Program-made: the position numbers and the translations under genes
Assembly (NCBI GenBank): GCA_965113315.1
Contig: OZ220367.1
Length of the DNA stretch: 64,000 bases
Source of the DNA: Podarcis vaucheri
Taxonomy: Eukaryota
Direction: 5' to 3' (one strand)
In this document: positions 1 to 12,902 of the stretch, in pieces
Layout: each line of letters starts with the position of its first letter
How positions within the stretch are numbered: position 1 is the first letter of the stretch
The notes under the pieces: generated by a model
The model's input: only the letters and a program-made list of their open reading frames with translations
The model's database searches: none
What the model was told of the DNA's origin: nothing

Positions 1-677
1 ACTCAAAAACAGGTATTTAAAAAGATAATTAAAATGAAAAATGGGCTTAAGAGACATGTGTTTTTATCTCAACTTCTCCATGACTGGATAGGCCTGCCTA
101 AAGAATAATGTTTTAAGCAGGTGTCAAAAAGTGAGGCTGTCTGATGTCACTAGGCAGGGAGATACAACGTTTAGGAGCTGCCACACTAAAAGATTGGCTT
201 CTTGCAAGTGTGGAATGAGTACTCGGTGGCATCTGCCAGTCTGACAGATCAAAGCAGTTGAGTTGTCATGTATGGGTAAGGTGAGCCCGCAAGTAATATT
301 AGACATGGATGAAAAGTTCAATTTTTTAATACAATTTAGATTCCTTGAACAGTTTAGGAAAACAACATGGAATTCAGCGTAACTACAAATTGTTGTGTGC
401 TATTGATTTCCAGAGTGTAACAGGCTGCGACAGGCCTTGAAATAATGACACTTGTTATGGAAGATTGCCAGCATTTCAGTGAAATCAGATCGAGGATAAG
501 AATTCTCATGGTGGGCATTCCTTTGTCACCATCTTTGACAAACTTGGTGCCTTTAAGATGTTTTCAACTGCGATGCCCATCTTCCCTGGGATGGGGCTGA
601 TGGAAGTTGGAGTCTAACCACACTTGTAGGACGCCCAGGTTGAGGAAAGCTGATCTGTTGGACTTGCACCTATGCAG

Positions 678-833
678 GTGTTCAAAGAGTGCGCTCCCAA
701 TTCTGTCGTCAGAAGAAATTGGGCAAGGGCATTTTCATTGAAATTGGGCAGTGTTTCATGCAAGACAAGGGGTGAAGCCGCAGATGCTTCCCCCAAGACC
801 CCGGAGGACATTGAACACAGTTTGTGCCAGCGG
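678..833 (+). CDS. Candidate internal coding exon of an unidentified gene (VFKECAPNSVVRRNWARAFSLKLGSVSCKTRGEAADASPKTPEDIEHSLCQR)
   Basis: Acceptor ttgcacctatgcag| at 677 and donor CGG|gtaagg at 833/834. It is 156 nt, open only in phase 0, and non-repetitive. I do not recognise the protein. Confidence 0.35.
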
Positions 834-1435
834 GTAAGGAGAAGAGAGAGAGGAGTGGCTAACAAATCCATCTGCATGTCTCTTCCCAGCAGCTTCCTAC
901 TGACCTTGCAACCCATGAATTTCCTCAGAACTGAGAAGGGCAGAGAAACACCCAATGTGGTTTACTGACATCCCCTTTCTCTCATGTGTTTTTTTCTTAT
1001 TTTGCTTTGTTGCTGAGGTGGGCGTTTCTCACTGTGGGTGCTTGTGGGCAATGATTCATGCCACTCAGGGCGAGAGCCTAATAGATTGGAGGAAAGTAAG
1101 TTACCCAGGGTGTTCAGCTACTCAGAAACCACAGAGTGAGAGGCTGTTGGCTCAGAACAGGGGGAGAGAGTAGGTCACCATAAATGAAAAACAGGCTGGG
1201 AACTGTGGCTAATCTGGTTGCTTAATCTGTTTGAATGTTTTGTGTTTGTTTTTACGTAGACATTTGGTTGAATTGGAAAATTTAATTTTTGTTGTTGTGG
1301 TTTGGCTGGTTTACCTTCTGACAGAATTGTTAATTTGTTAGAATTGTTAGTTCTTAATACTTTATATATTACTATATATAAATATAACTCTTTTCTATCT
1401 AACTGTCTATCTAGTTAGTTTATCTAGTTAGTTTA

Positions 1436-1554
1436 TTTTTGGAGTGCCGGTCATTGACCATAATAAAGAGATTGACTAAAGAGATTTAAAAAATCAAAAC
1501 TCCTTAGTCGATCAATTGATCTCTTTATTATGGTCAATGACCGGTATTCAAAAA
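1436..1554. repeat. Inverted repeat / hairpin
   Basis: Perfect 26-bp arms at 1447-1472 and 1519-1544, extendable imperfectly on both sides. Confidence 0.9.
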
Positions 1555-1874
1555 AGAATGATTAAAGAAATAGATAAAATATTAAGAAAGAAGGCAAAAT
1601 AAGAGAACCATGACAATAAAATTCCTAGTAAGTATATTGTACTGTAGACTGCCAGGCATAGAGAATAAAATAATAACTTTGCTAAAAATGAGTTTTACAC
1701 GCGGCAGCTCCATATAGAGCTACCCTGCCAGAGGTGGACACATTCTGATCTGAAAGATGTAAAGCATAAAATGAATCTGATCATCTGGGGGGTTTCCATA
1801 AAAAAGGGTTCACTATCTTATGTGTATCATGATAAAAGGAGCAATACATTAGAACATGAGTTTAGTACCAAGGC

Positions 1875-2025
1875 CAGTGCTTCTTTTCTGGGGGGGGGGC
1901 ACAGGGGTACGCATACCCCTAAACATTTTGTGAATCTAAGTTTGGCCTCATTGAGGGGCAGTATTTCAATATGAGTGGGAAAATGAGAGTACCCCTAAAC
2001 ATTTTTTTTTAGATCAAAAGCACTG
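1875..2025. mobile_element. hAT-type MITE (151 bp)
   Basis: TIR CAGTGCTT.../...AAGCACTG and perfect 8-bp TSD ACCAAGGC; a second copy is at 41346. Confidence 0.88.
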
Positions 2026-2236
2026 ACCAAGGCATTTGAAGGACCACCTTTGTCGTCCTACCCGCCCACTGAGCTCTTCAGTGGAAGGCTTCTTAAATCT
2101 GCCCCCAGCATCTGAGATGGCTACAAGAGTGAGACAGAGACAGAGAGAGGATATTCTTGGGGGTGGCACCCCATTGTGGAATGCTCTCCTCTGAGAGGTT
2201 TGCCCGATGCCTTTGTGCTTCCCCAAACCCTTTAGA

Positions 2237-2476
2237 GAGCCAGTGTGGTGTAGTGGTTAAGAGCGGTGGACTCGTAATCTGGGGAACCGGGTTCGCGTCT
2301 CCGCTCCTCCACATGCAGCTGCTGGGTGACCTTGGGCCAGTCACACTTCTCTGAAGTCTCTCAGCCCCACTCACCTCACAGAGTGTTTGTTGTGGGGGAA
2401 GAAGGGGAAGGAGAATGTTAGCCGCTTTGAGACTCCTTAAAAGGGAGTGAAAGGCGGGATATCAAATCCAAACTCT
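2237..2476 (+). mobile_element. tRNA-derived SINE (young squamate family ending ...ATCAAATCCAAACTCT)
   Basis: A-box TGGTGTAGTGG and B-box-like GGTTCGCGTCT; several near-identical copies occur in the window. Confidence 0.85.
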
Positions 2477-2663
2477 AGATGCTATTTTAACCTTGCTGGC
2501 TGTTTTGAGCTGCTTTTGTCCACTTTTAGCTCATGGTGCTGTGTTTGTATCCACCTTTTACTTGTTTTATGATTACTTGCAAACAGCACTAGGAATATGA
2601 TGCCAAAGGTGGTATAAAAAGGCCTACAAAATGCCTACAATGTCTTTCCGCCATTTTATAAAG

Positions 2664-2693
2664 GTGATATCTCCCAAGCGACAAAAGAGTTAA
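2664..2693 (+). CDS. Candidate terminal coding exon (VISPKRQKS*) that could follow 678-833
   Basis: Acceptor tgtctttccgccattttataaag| at 2663 and phase-0 stop TAA at 2691-2693. It is followed by about 1.2 kb of repeat-poor, UTR-like sequence with AATAAA at 3419 and near 3775-3790. Speculative. Confidence 0.22.
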   Translation: MISPKRQKS

Positions 2694-4855
2694 CCACATT
2701 TACCATAGTAGGAGCAGATGCTGCAGAAAAGGTGAATCCTTTTATTAAAAATGAAATGGAATGAAATATCTCCATCAGTAAAAGCAGCTCTCTGAGTGCA
2801 ACTGTGATGTGAAGTTCTCTACCTCCATTGAAACTGTTCAGAACCTTCTTGTTGAGTGCATCAGAGTGTATTTTTATAGCTCGCTTGTTTTTGCTCGACA
2901 TCCATCAATATCCTTTCATGGAATCTGAACAGACTGGTTCATCCTGGTAGCACATATTTATCAGCTATGCAGTGTTACAGTCAAAATGTCGTGACTGAAA
3001 GATAATGAGTGTCCCCATTGACATAGCTATGTTTGCAGTGCCTCTGAAACCTTTTATACTCAGGGTTGACTTGAAAGGGAATGCAGAAAAAAGGGGGAAA
3101 GGTTGCTGTCAGATTTTCTCCAAGCTTCACTCACTCCCGTCACTAACCTGACATCTCAGTACCAGGGTGTCTGTTGTGCTACAGAGTGTGTAGGTTGACT
3201 CTGGTTTTTTTGGTAGAGCTTTCAGATGGATTCCAGCAGCTTTCAAGCAAAGGTTTTTTTTTTTTTTAAGCAATGGAACTCTGTTGTTGTTTTTTTGCTA
3301 AAATTATTTGTGGATAAAACCTGAGGACTGTCTGTGCATAACAAGATTTTGAAGAAAGGGTTTGGCAATGTCAGATACATGTTCGTTGAATCAAGCTTAG
3401 TGCAATTGTGATGTGGCAAATAAAGTGATATGCATGATCTGAAGATAGCTTATGATGACCCCCAATAACGCTTGCTCTGGCTAATACTTGATGAAACGGG
3501 TTGAACTTGATAACCCTTGGTGTCCACTCCTACTCTATACTTCTATGAAGTTGACTCTAAAAGCGCCGAACACATCACAAAATTATTAAACTTACAATTC
3601 TTGGAAATGTGCTCTTAGTCTAAAATACGGTGATTTTTGCAAGAGAAAGAAACATGCTCATTTGATGAGAAATGTTATACTGTCTACAGGGATGCTGACT
3701 GATCTTTTATCTGGTACACTGGCTCACCTTTGGAGACTTTCCTGATCATGCACAAAATGCTTTTTAACTCAAAAAATAAATAGAAATAAATTGCAGCAAT
3801 CAAGTCAATCTCTAGATGACTGTAGAGAAATGATACATAATTCGACATTTATCAAAATGCTGCAAATGGTAGTGATGCCTGTAATCAGTTGGCCATAGCT
3901 TGTTAAGAACTAAGCATTCGGGTCAGTTACCAAGGAAGTCCATGAAGCACTTTTTAAGAACATAAGAAGAGCCTATTGGATCAGGCCAGTGGCCGATCTA
4001 GTCCAGCATCCTATTCTCACAGTGGCCAACCAGATGCCTGTAGGAAGCCCTTAAGCAAGAGCGCTCTCCTGTGGTTTCCTGCAACTGGCATTCAGAAGCA
4101 TTTATATCTCCAACCATAGAGGCAGAGCTATCAATGGACTTCTCAGCCACTGCCAGCTGCGTCCTCCATGAAACCAATGGATCCCATAGACCACTTGGAA
4201 ATTGCTGAGGGTCTTTGAAGATCACATAATCATTTTTCTGCATCTTGCAGCAATTGTAATGTTCACTGCTAGGTGCTGTATGATTGTTAACTGCCTTTTT
4301 ACAGACACACTGAAAACCACCTGAAGAAACCTCATGGACCTACAGTTTGGGAACTTGTGCCACAAAGCCAGCAACAGTTTATGCTATCTGGCTTGATTAA
4401 GGAAGAGGCCAGGCTTTATTGCCAATCTTCACTGGGTTTTGTTATGAATATGAATGTTTGCATGAGACGTAAGCAAGATGAGGGTTGCTCTGTGCAACAC
4501 AGTGGCAGGGTGAAATCTTCGTTCATGTTCTCATTGCCTTGACAGCATTGACTATAAATTGATCTCTGATTATGGTTGCCATGCAAGATAAGATCCAAAG
4601 AACTGGACCTTGCTGCAGGCTTATCCAGCCCAGTGTCTTCCATATGTTGTTGGACACCAGCTCTCATTGGTCATGACCATTGGCTTTGCTGAGTCCAACA
4701 AAATCCAGAGGACATCAATCTTTTGGAAGGCTTCCTTGCTGGGTGTATTCAACTTCAACAAGTCCAGATGCTAAGGGTGTAACAGTCATTTAGATCTGTG
4801 CCTGTTCGATTGGCTTTACTTCAATTTCATGTCAAACAATGTACACATACATATA

Positions 4856-5084
4856 CAGTCGTACCTTGGTTTTCAAACAACTTAGTTCTCGAACATTTTG
4901 ACTCCCGAACGCTGCAGACCCGGAAGTGAGTGTTCCAGTTTGCGAACTATTTTTGGAAGCCGAACATCTGACAGGGCTTCCCTGGCTTCTGATTGGCTGC
5001 AGGAGCCACACTTTGGTTTTCGAATGTTTTGGAAGTCAAACGGACTTCTGGAATGGATTCTGTTAGACTTGCAAGGTACGACTG
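4856..5084. mobile_element. Tc1/mariner-superfamily (Tigger/pogo-like) MITE
   Basis: TA TSDs and TIR CAGTCGTACCTTG / CAAGGTACGACTG. Confidence 0.82.
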
Positions 5085-5316
5085 TATAATGTATAAATGT
5101 CCAGCAACCCCCCCCCACTTGAAGCTATTTGCCTGTAACCTGGCAGGCTGAATCCACTCTGGAGGGGCTATTATGTTCCATAATTGCACTCACTTCTGTC
5201 AAAATGTTACAGCCCCTATTAGCAATAGCAAATAGAGGGGGGGGGAAAATAATAACCACCTTCCAAGAGGACTCTGTCTCAGATGGTCAGGCACAAAACT
5301 GCCGTTGGGTACCAGA

Positions 5317-5760
5317 TGTTATGTACTGAAGTTCTCACCCTGGGCCAGCAGGGGGATACTGTAGATAGTTTTCACTCAGGTCCACATGCAAATAAGGGAT
5401 TGAAAGTGATGTTCAGTGATTGGATAGTTACAGAAAGTGTTACAGTTGCATTGTAGTGGAGCTCTATACAAGCAGGCTGGCTGAACCCTTCAATTCAGTT
5501 CATTTCTGGCCTGTGAATAAACAAGAGCTGTTTGAAGAATCGCTGTGTCATCTGATATGTTCACCCACAACTTAACACTGGTGACGAGGATGGGATGGAC
5601 ATCAGAGCACAGCCAGATGCAGCCACCCTCTGAGCTGAGCTGAATCACTGAGCTGAAACACCGAGCGAAATCACTGAACAGAACCAATTCAGAGCTGACT
5701 GTTCTGACTAAAGCACTGTGTTTCATCCATCACCCTCCACATCGGAACCATGGCTTCACT
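5317..5760 (+). mobile_element. LTR retrotransposon 5' end: LTR (5317-5577), tRNA-Ser PBS (5579-5596) and truncated leader
   Basis: TGTTA...TAACA termini with internal AATAAA. TGGTGACGAGGATGGGAT matches the complement of the vertebrate tRNA-Ser(GCT) 3' end (TGGCGACGAGGATGGGAT) with one CpG transition. accATGG at 5750 may be the gag start; the rest is lost. Confidence 0.8.
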
Positions 5761-8279
5761 GGTGTTTTCCAAAGTGCCAGACTGAGGTTTGAACATGGTT
5801 GGTGCACACCCCTGTTAAATATGTGCACACATTTAATGTACCTTACTCGGGGTGAGAGGGCAGGGGAATCTTCTAAAACAGCACACTCTTAAACTTTGTC
5901 TCCTATCTTTCAGTCCATATTAGTGTTAAGTGTAAAACTATACCAATGATTCAGGAGAGCAAGGCAGCAGCCTCATCATCCCAGGAATATTGCCGCTTTT
6001 TCTAGAGAAGGCTCCAGGGAAATGTCACCCGAAGGAGTTTTATCCTGCTACATTACTTTTCTCTGCGTCTCCGAACTAGGCATTTGGTAGGATTCGTTTT
6101 GTCTGAGAAACTAAGTACGTTTTAAGAGACAGTCCCCGGAGGCAGAGTTTTTCAACTTAGGCCAAGCGTGCTTCTTATTTGCAGTGCTTATATGAGCCCC
6201 TAGAGAGAATGAAGACATGCGCATCTGCCACTGTAAGTGGAATGTTATCGGGGGAAAGCAAAGCAGTCACAAAAAGTACCCTGTGAATAATATATTGCAG
6301 TAGAAAAATAGCAGAAGAGAAGAAAGCAATAAACACTGGAAAAATACAAGCAGTCTGCATTCAGCTTAAGTTCATGACTGCAATGGGGAACATGATGCAA
6401 AACTTAACAGACGACTCCTAATTAACCTTCGAGGTCCATTGGGGTATTTTTAGCATTAAAATATTTGTCCATGGGAAGTCTGGGCTGCTCCATGTAATGT
6501 TTAGTGCTTGTGGTAGACTCATTGTAATTCTTCTATTCATACAATAATTTTCATATCATTTACTATTTTATCATTTCTATGACATTTACTGATTATTTTG
6601 TAAACAAATATTTGCATTCCCCCCTCCCATTTGTCAGTTATTTCCATTTAACCTTCTTTTTGGCGTGGTTCTGCCTCTTTTGTCACTATCCAGATGTTTG
6701 CATGGTCAAATGAATTCACAACCTGATTCTCAGTGCCCAGAAAGGTTTATTTTTCACCATTAAAAGAATGAAAGGTGGTTTGCTAATATTTTAATTAACA
6801 AACACAGCTAGAAAAAACATTGTCGTGCTAATTAAGAGATGGATAAATAAATGGGGTGATAAAATGTTGCACACAACACTGTAAGCAACGTTGCAGTGGG
6901 CATTGGGTCATTACATTGTTTCTGAATAAGTGGCATATAAACAAGGCATAAACAGGAGTGAGTTGCTTTCATCTGGTTTATTGCCAATAGGTGGCAGCAG
7001 ATGACAGTCAAAGACCAGCCCCCTCAAGCTCTCTGTTAGTTTTTGCACAATCTTGGGGTGGCAAATTGTTTTCTTGGGAAGGGTGCTTCTTTCTAACCAC
7101 AGCACAAAACAGAAATATAACCACTCTCCCCATTGTCCAAAGTCCCTTACAGTGTTTTAGACAGTCTGCTGAAAACTTTTTATGTTTCAGCTTGCCTTTC
7201 TAGCCACATGATTTAGTTACATTTGTTTTCAAATCTTTTGTTGATTTTTATCTTGCTTTTAAATGATGGATTGGTTTGTGTATGTGTTTTTTTTTAAAAA
7301 AACCTGTATACTACTTGATTTCCTTTTTTAAAATAAAAAAGTGGCTTATAAATTTCCTGAATAAACAAATAAATATTGCTTTCACCACCATAATCTGGGC
7401 CAGAGTGAGAGGCACGTAAAGAAGCAAGATGGGGGATTTTTTCCCCGTGTAGGTGTGGGCCCCCAGCAGATTCCCCATCATGCATTGCATATGGTCCCTG
7501 CCCTCACCCCATTCTCTTCCAAGCACTTGGTTGGTTCCTCACCTCCCCAGCTCTCTCACCTGCTATTTGGACCAGAATTATGGAAGCCAAGCAGAGGCTC
7601 CCTCAAGGCCTTGTCAGATGTTGGATGAGTACAGAGGGTAAAAGACTCTCTGCTTCTAAAGCTGCAGAAAAGCAGTTGGAGATGGATTGCATTTTCCTTC
7701 TTGAAAAAGGCATTATGTTCCCCATAAATCTCAAACACATTCTTCCGTAGATCACTTTCTTCCTGAGGTTCAAGGAAATTCTGGGTCGAAGAGTAATGCT
7801 CTTAAGGGAATGATTTCTCTTGTGCACTTTTCAATGCACTCCCCCCCCTTATTTTTCCCCAAGTATTATACAAAAAGTGTCCTTTTGTCTTCTTGCTGCA
7901 TTTTAGCTTTCTCCTTCAAAGTATATGGTTATTAAAGGGAAAAAAACTAGCAGAGGGCTTCTGAAAGGGTCACCGTTGCAGTGATCCAAATGACTGTTAA
8001 TGTTTCCTCTTTATCAGGGTATTATCAGGAGTTAAGCTTCCTATAAGAGCACAAAGGAGGATGGGAAAGCCATGACTTTCCAGATGTTGGTGGACTCCAA
8101 GTCCCATAAGCCGTTAGCCATAGCGGCCACTTGCCAGGAATGATGGGAGCTGTATGCCAGCAACATCTAGTGGTCTCTAGTCCTTGAGTCTGAATAAATC
8201 ACTCTACCTGCCTTTCCTCCTTTCTTCCTAAGTTTCTGACAAACTTGCGTCTTTCTCTATTGAAGTTGCATATTCTTCT

Positions 8280-8358
8280 TTGAAACCTTTTTATTTTCAA
8301 AAAAGTGATACAGAGAAAAAAGGAGGGAAGTGAGGGGAGAAAGAACAAAGGTATGTAT

Positions 8359-8397
<39 letters not shown>

Positions 8398-9040
8398 CAA
8401 TATAATCCCATAATTCCGATATAAATTGATATAGTGTTATTATCCTAATATATATGTACATATTATTACCCTGCTACATTAAAGGGTATCATATTGTTAT
8501 TCTTCCAGTTCATCGGTATCAGTCTCTTGGCCACCATTAGGGCACATAGAATCCATTTTCGTTGTCCTGTTGTTAATTTCTATACAATAGGTATACAGTT
8601 CAAAAGAATATTCTCTGCTGAAAGATTTGACTTTTTTCCTGCACAGTCATAGTTATACAGTCCAGTACTTTCTTCCAAAACTTATAGAACACTGTACAAA
8701 CCTATGTTTCAGGGAAGCATTGTCCTTGTGACATCTCCAAAGCTAGCTAGTCCTTTTTTTAATACATCCATATCAGTGTCTACAGCCACAGCAGGTGCCG
8801 TAAGTCTCCAATGGTTTGACTTCATCGCCAAAGGTGCATTCTTCCATTATTTCCCAAGACAGGCAGATGCCAACCATGAGTCTATGATCGTAGCTGCTTT
8901 CTTTTAGAAATCCTACTTCATGTTTCTCTTTCTGAAGGCTTATCCTTGTCAGCTTCGTCACCAAGATATGTAATCTAATCTTCTGTGAATGTTTGCATTT
9001 ATTTTCTAGGGAGTTTGTTTTCAGTTGCAGTTGCAAAGCC
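8280..9040 (-). mobile_element. Decayed L1 3' fragment (end of ORF2 and 3' UTR)
   Basis: Minus-strand remnants of the Cys-containing ORF2 C-terminal region, and a poly(A) signal (tttatt) near 8290. Confidence 0.6.
8362..8395. repeat. (AC)n microsatellite
   Basis: Seen directly. Confidence 0.95.
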
Positions 9041-9185
9041 TATTTGCCAAACAGGGATTCAAATGTTGGGCTGCGATAGCGACTGACCAAACATAACTGC
9101 AGCAGTCCTGGACAGTAGCTGGAAGAGTTGAGTGACAGCTGTGACAAGAGGACATACGTGATTAACATAAACAATGCTTCTAGAT

Positions 9186-9408
9186 TCAGGTAGGTAGCTG
9201 TGTTGGTCTGATGCAGTCGAAATAAATAAATAAAAATTGTCCAGTAGCACCTTAGAGACCAACTAAGTTTGTTATGGGTATAGGCTTTTGTGTGCATGCA
9301 CACAGAAGTCACCAGTCCCTTATATATAGTGGGAGGGTGGGGTGGGGCTTTTCTCAGAAGGGTAGTGGGAGATGGGTGATTGACTCAATGGGTATGGTAA
9401 AACTGGAG
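9186..9408 (-). mobile_element. Penelope-like element terminal-repeat fragment
   Basis: ccagtagcaccttagagaccaactaag...gtgtgcatgcacac is homologous to 48450-48560 in reverse orientation. Confidence 0.65.
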
Positions 9409-9802
9409 TCATAAACGATGCTGCCATTAAAGTAAATGGGCTCGCCCCAGTTACATATATGCGTACAAAATGAAAATATAATTGGTCCATTTTTCAAGCT
9501 TTTGATCCTAACACCTGTTTAAGTCATCACCTCTCTCTGAAAAGACAGTGATGATGCAAATGGAGTCAGTGGAACTGGGAAGCTAAAAGCATTCAAGATT
9601 AAAACCAACCAACAAGCTAGGTACCAGGAAACATCTACTAAGAATTCCCATCCCTAGACTAATTTATTGGACTGGTATGGCCTTTACACTAACCACAAGA
9701 ATTCTCAAAGCATTTTAGTTTCTCCAAGTGTTACCATTTAATGCTTTATGTCATTAGGTGACACAAAACTTCTTTATAATCCTACATTTAAGTCCCTGTA
9801 GG

Positions 9803-10135
9803 NNNNNNNNNNNNNNNNNNNNNNNNNNNNNNNNNNNNNNNNNNNNNNNNNNNNNNNNNNNNNNNNNNNNNNNNNNNNNNNNNNNNNNNNNNNNNNNNNN
9901 NNNNNNNNNNNNNNNNNNNNNNNNNNNNNNNNNNNNNNNNNNNNNNNNNNNNNNNNNNNNNNNNNNNNNNNNNNNNNNNNNNNNNNNNNNNNNNNNNNNN
10001 NNNNNNNNNNNNNNNNNNNNNNNNNNNNNNNNNNNNNNNNNNNNNNNNNNNNNNNNNNNNNNNNNNNNNNNNNNNNNNNNNNNNNNNNNNNNNNNNNNNN
10101 NNNNNNNNNNNNNNNNNNNNNNNNNNNNNNNNNNN
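9803..10135. other. Assembly gap
   Basis: Run of N. Confidence 1.
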
Positions 10136-11019
10136 CCCCCCTTTATTAGACTGATAGACTATTCTAACAATCTAACAACTGAGCTATTACCTTGAAAGTT
10201 TGGCAAAAGGCCAATCACTGTGGGGCATCTAAAACGTTCCCGAAAGCAGTATTTTCACTCCTGTATTGTGAAAATTATAGTACACTAACAGTAATTAATA
10301 TTGTCATTTGGAAAACAAAAACAACAGGCTAAGACAGATATTTTGTTTCATACTGGCTGAGAAAATTACACCTATTAACAGAACAATTCAGGAAGCAATC
10401 GCCACATAATTTTAGTCTTGGTACAATTATGTCAATACATCCCTAGCAGACAGCTTAGAGTGTCAGACAGTAAACAATAGTTCCGTCATATTTTATTATT
10501 CTTTCTATACAAGGAAGATGACATTTTCTATCTTCAGATTATGGACTAATTTTCAGACAAGTGGTTCTTGGAAGCTTTACCACAGTTTATGTTTATCTCA
10601 TTTAAAACACTCAAGGGATTGAGATGGCTTGAAGCAAGTTTGTCAAAGGTGGCAAAACATTTGTTGCTTTAATATCGTTGAAGGATTGTTTAGTTATGGC
10701 TGAAATCTGAGCACAAACATCTTAAATAATGGGTGATAACAGATGTTCGTTAAACTCAGGTTGGACCCACTGAAATAAAGAGATTTGGATTTGGATAATT
10801 TACTTAGTTTGCCCTAATCTATATACACGTGCATATGAATAAAAACAAGTGTGTTTCTCGGTGCAAATTGCACATGGTATAAAAATGTCATTTGAACTCC
10901 AGCTGTCTGTTTATTTTGCAAGAGGTTGGGCTTAATTGGGATCAGGATCAAACTGCAGCAGGGTGTGGAAGAAGAGACCTGGGTTCCAATTTTCCCCTTA
11001 TGCTGCACTCACAATTTAA

Positions 11020-11390
11020 GCGCTGTGCTCTAAACCACTGAGCCTCTTGGACGTGCCACTTGGAAGGTTAGTGGTTCGAATCCCTGCAATGGGGTGAGCT
11101 CCCATTGCTCTGTCCCAGCTCCTGCCAACCTAGCAGTTCGAAAGCACACCAGTGCAAGTAGATAAATAGATGCTGCTGTGGTGGGAAGGTAAACGGCATT
11201 TCCGTGCACTCTGGTTTCCATCACAGTGTTCTGTTGCTCCAGAAGCGGTTTAGTCATGCTGGCCACATGACCTAGAAAGCTGTCTGTGGGCAAACACCAG
11301 CTCCCTTGGCCTGGAACCAGATGTGCACCACACCCTATAGTCACCGTTGACTGGGCTTAACCATCCAGGGGTCCTTTACCTTTACCTTAC
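11020..11390 (+). mobile_element. Sauria SINE
   Basis: tRNA-like head with B-box GGTTCGAATCC, typical Sauria body and (ACCTTT)n tail. Confidence 0.88.
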
Positions 11391-11453
11391 TACTATAATC
11401 TATGGAAATGAAAATGGAGTTACACCAGTATTTTTTTTCTTCTGTGGCCAATA

Positions 11454-11576
11454 CAGTGGTACCTCTGGTTACATACGCTTCAGGTTACATACACTTCAGG
11501 TTACAGACTCCGCTAACCCAGAAATAGTACATCAGGTTAAGAACTTGGCTTCAGGAAGAGAACAGAAATCGTGCTC
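11454..11576. mobile_element. Truncated Tc1/mariner-type MITE (CAGTGGTACCTC family)
   Basis: One TIR after TA; about half of the element seen at 12259. Confidence 0.75.
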
Positions 11577-11794
11577 CCTTTTCTGGGAATTTGGAATGGA
11601 GTCAGAGTGTGCAAGCAAAGAGTTAGACCCCTCTACATGCCATGCTTCCAATCCAAATAGGCCCACCCTGTTGATAAATTAACATAATGTTGGATGTTGC
11701 ACTTGCAGAATTCCCACATCACATGTGGTTTGACCCCTCGGTTTTAGTGAAAGAATCAATGGAAGAAACTGGCTGTCATCACAGTCCTAGGAGA

Positions 11795-12548
11795 TGCAGT
11801 TATATAACGCTAATAGGCTTTCTGATTATGGTCTAATGAATTGAAAAAAATGTTTAAAATAACTTTTGTAAAAACAAACAAACAAACAAACAAACCCAGA
11901 AGCCTTTTATTAGGAATTGTAGGTACCGACATTCCAAAGGAACAGAAAAGACTTTTCATGTATGTGACAACAGCAATGCGGATGCTACTAGCCCAGAGAT
12001 GGAAAGAAGACAAAGTCCCTACCAGAGAGGAATGGCAAACCAAGCTGTTCGACTATGCCGAAATGACAAAACTTAGCAGAATTTTAATAACACTTCTAAT
12101 ATAGAGAATATTATGGATAATATGGAAAGATATAAAATATGGACTATGAAATAATATGCAGTTGATAAGGTAGACAATAGGATCCATGGAGGGGAAGGTG
12201 GGAAGTCCTGAGATTTGGAGAAATCTCTAAATAGGGTTATGTAATTTGGATTGTTATACAGTGGTACCTCGGGTTATATACGCTTCAGGTTACATACATT
12301 TCAGGTTACAGACTCCGCTAACCCAGAAATATTACCTCGGGTTAAGAACTTTGCTTCAGGATGAGAACAGAAATCGTGCTCCGGTGGCGCAGCAGCAGCA
12401 GGAGGCCCCATTAGCTAAAGTGGTGCTTCAGGTTAAGAACAGTATCAGGTTAAGTACGGACCTCCAGAATGAATTAAGTACTTAACCTGAGGTACCACTG
12501 TAATTCTATATTTGTAAAATCAAATAAAAAATTATTATATATGTAAAA
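11795..12548 (+). mobile_element. L1 3' fragment (ORF2 C-terminus and 3' UTR)
   Basis: LLGIVGTDIPKEQKRLFMYVTTAMRMLLAQRWKEDKVPTREEWQTKLFDYAEMTKL is typical of the reptile L1 ORF2 end; AATAAA near 12523. Confidence 0.82.
12259..12500. mobile_element. Tc1/mariner-type MITE nested in an L1 3' UTR
   Basis: TA|CAGTGGTACCTC...GAGGTACCACTG|TA. Confidence 0.88.
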
Positions 12549-12902
12549 AGGGAGGCTTGGGCGGTGGTGAGTTGGGGCGGCACCTTCCCATTTCATATCA
12601 GGTGATGAAACAGGATGGCACCATCCTTGCCCGTCCCTCAAAAATGCCATCTAAGAAGGGGAAAGGAATTTCTGCAGCAGGGCACTTTCCCTCTCCTCCC
12701 CTTCTTGAATGTACACTCTGTAAAATGGAAGACCCTGCAGTATGAGGAGACGAGTCTTATAGCACAGTCAACCCAAGTGGAGGTGACGATCTTCTTGTCA
12801 TTGCCCCAGTCCCATCCTTGAAACTACAGTCTGTAAAGAGGAAAGAAGGAGACACTCTAAGCAGAACAGGAGGAGAGAACTGCTTTCTACTGAGCTCATT
12901 CA

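Noticed and set aside
2237-2310. tRNA gene-like A/B boxes (also at 11020, 57851 and 61636)
   Set aside because: These are SINE heads with no complete cloverleaf, and each continues into a SINE body.
9758-10195. Long ORFs spanning X runs (also at 20072, 20352, 56281 and 57998)
   Set aside because: Artefacts of translating through N-gaps.
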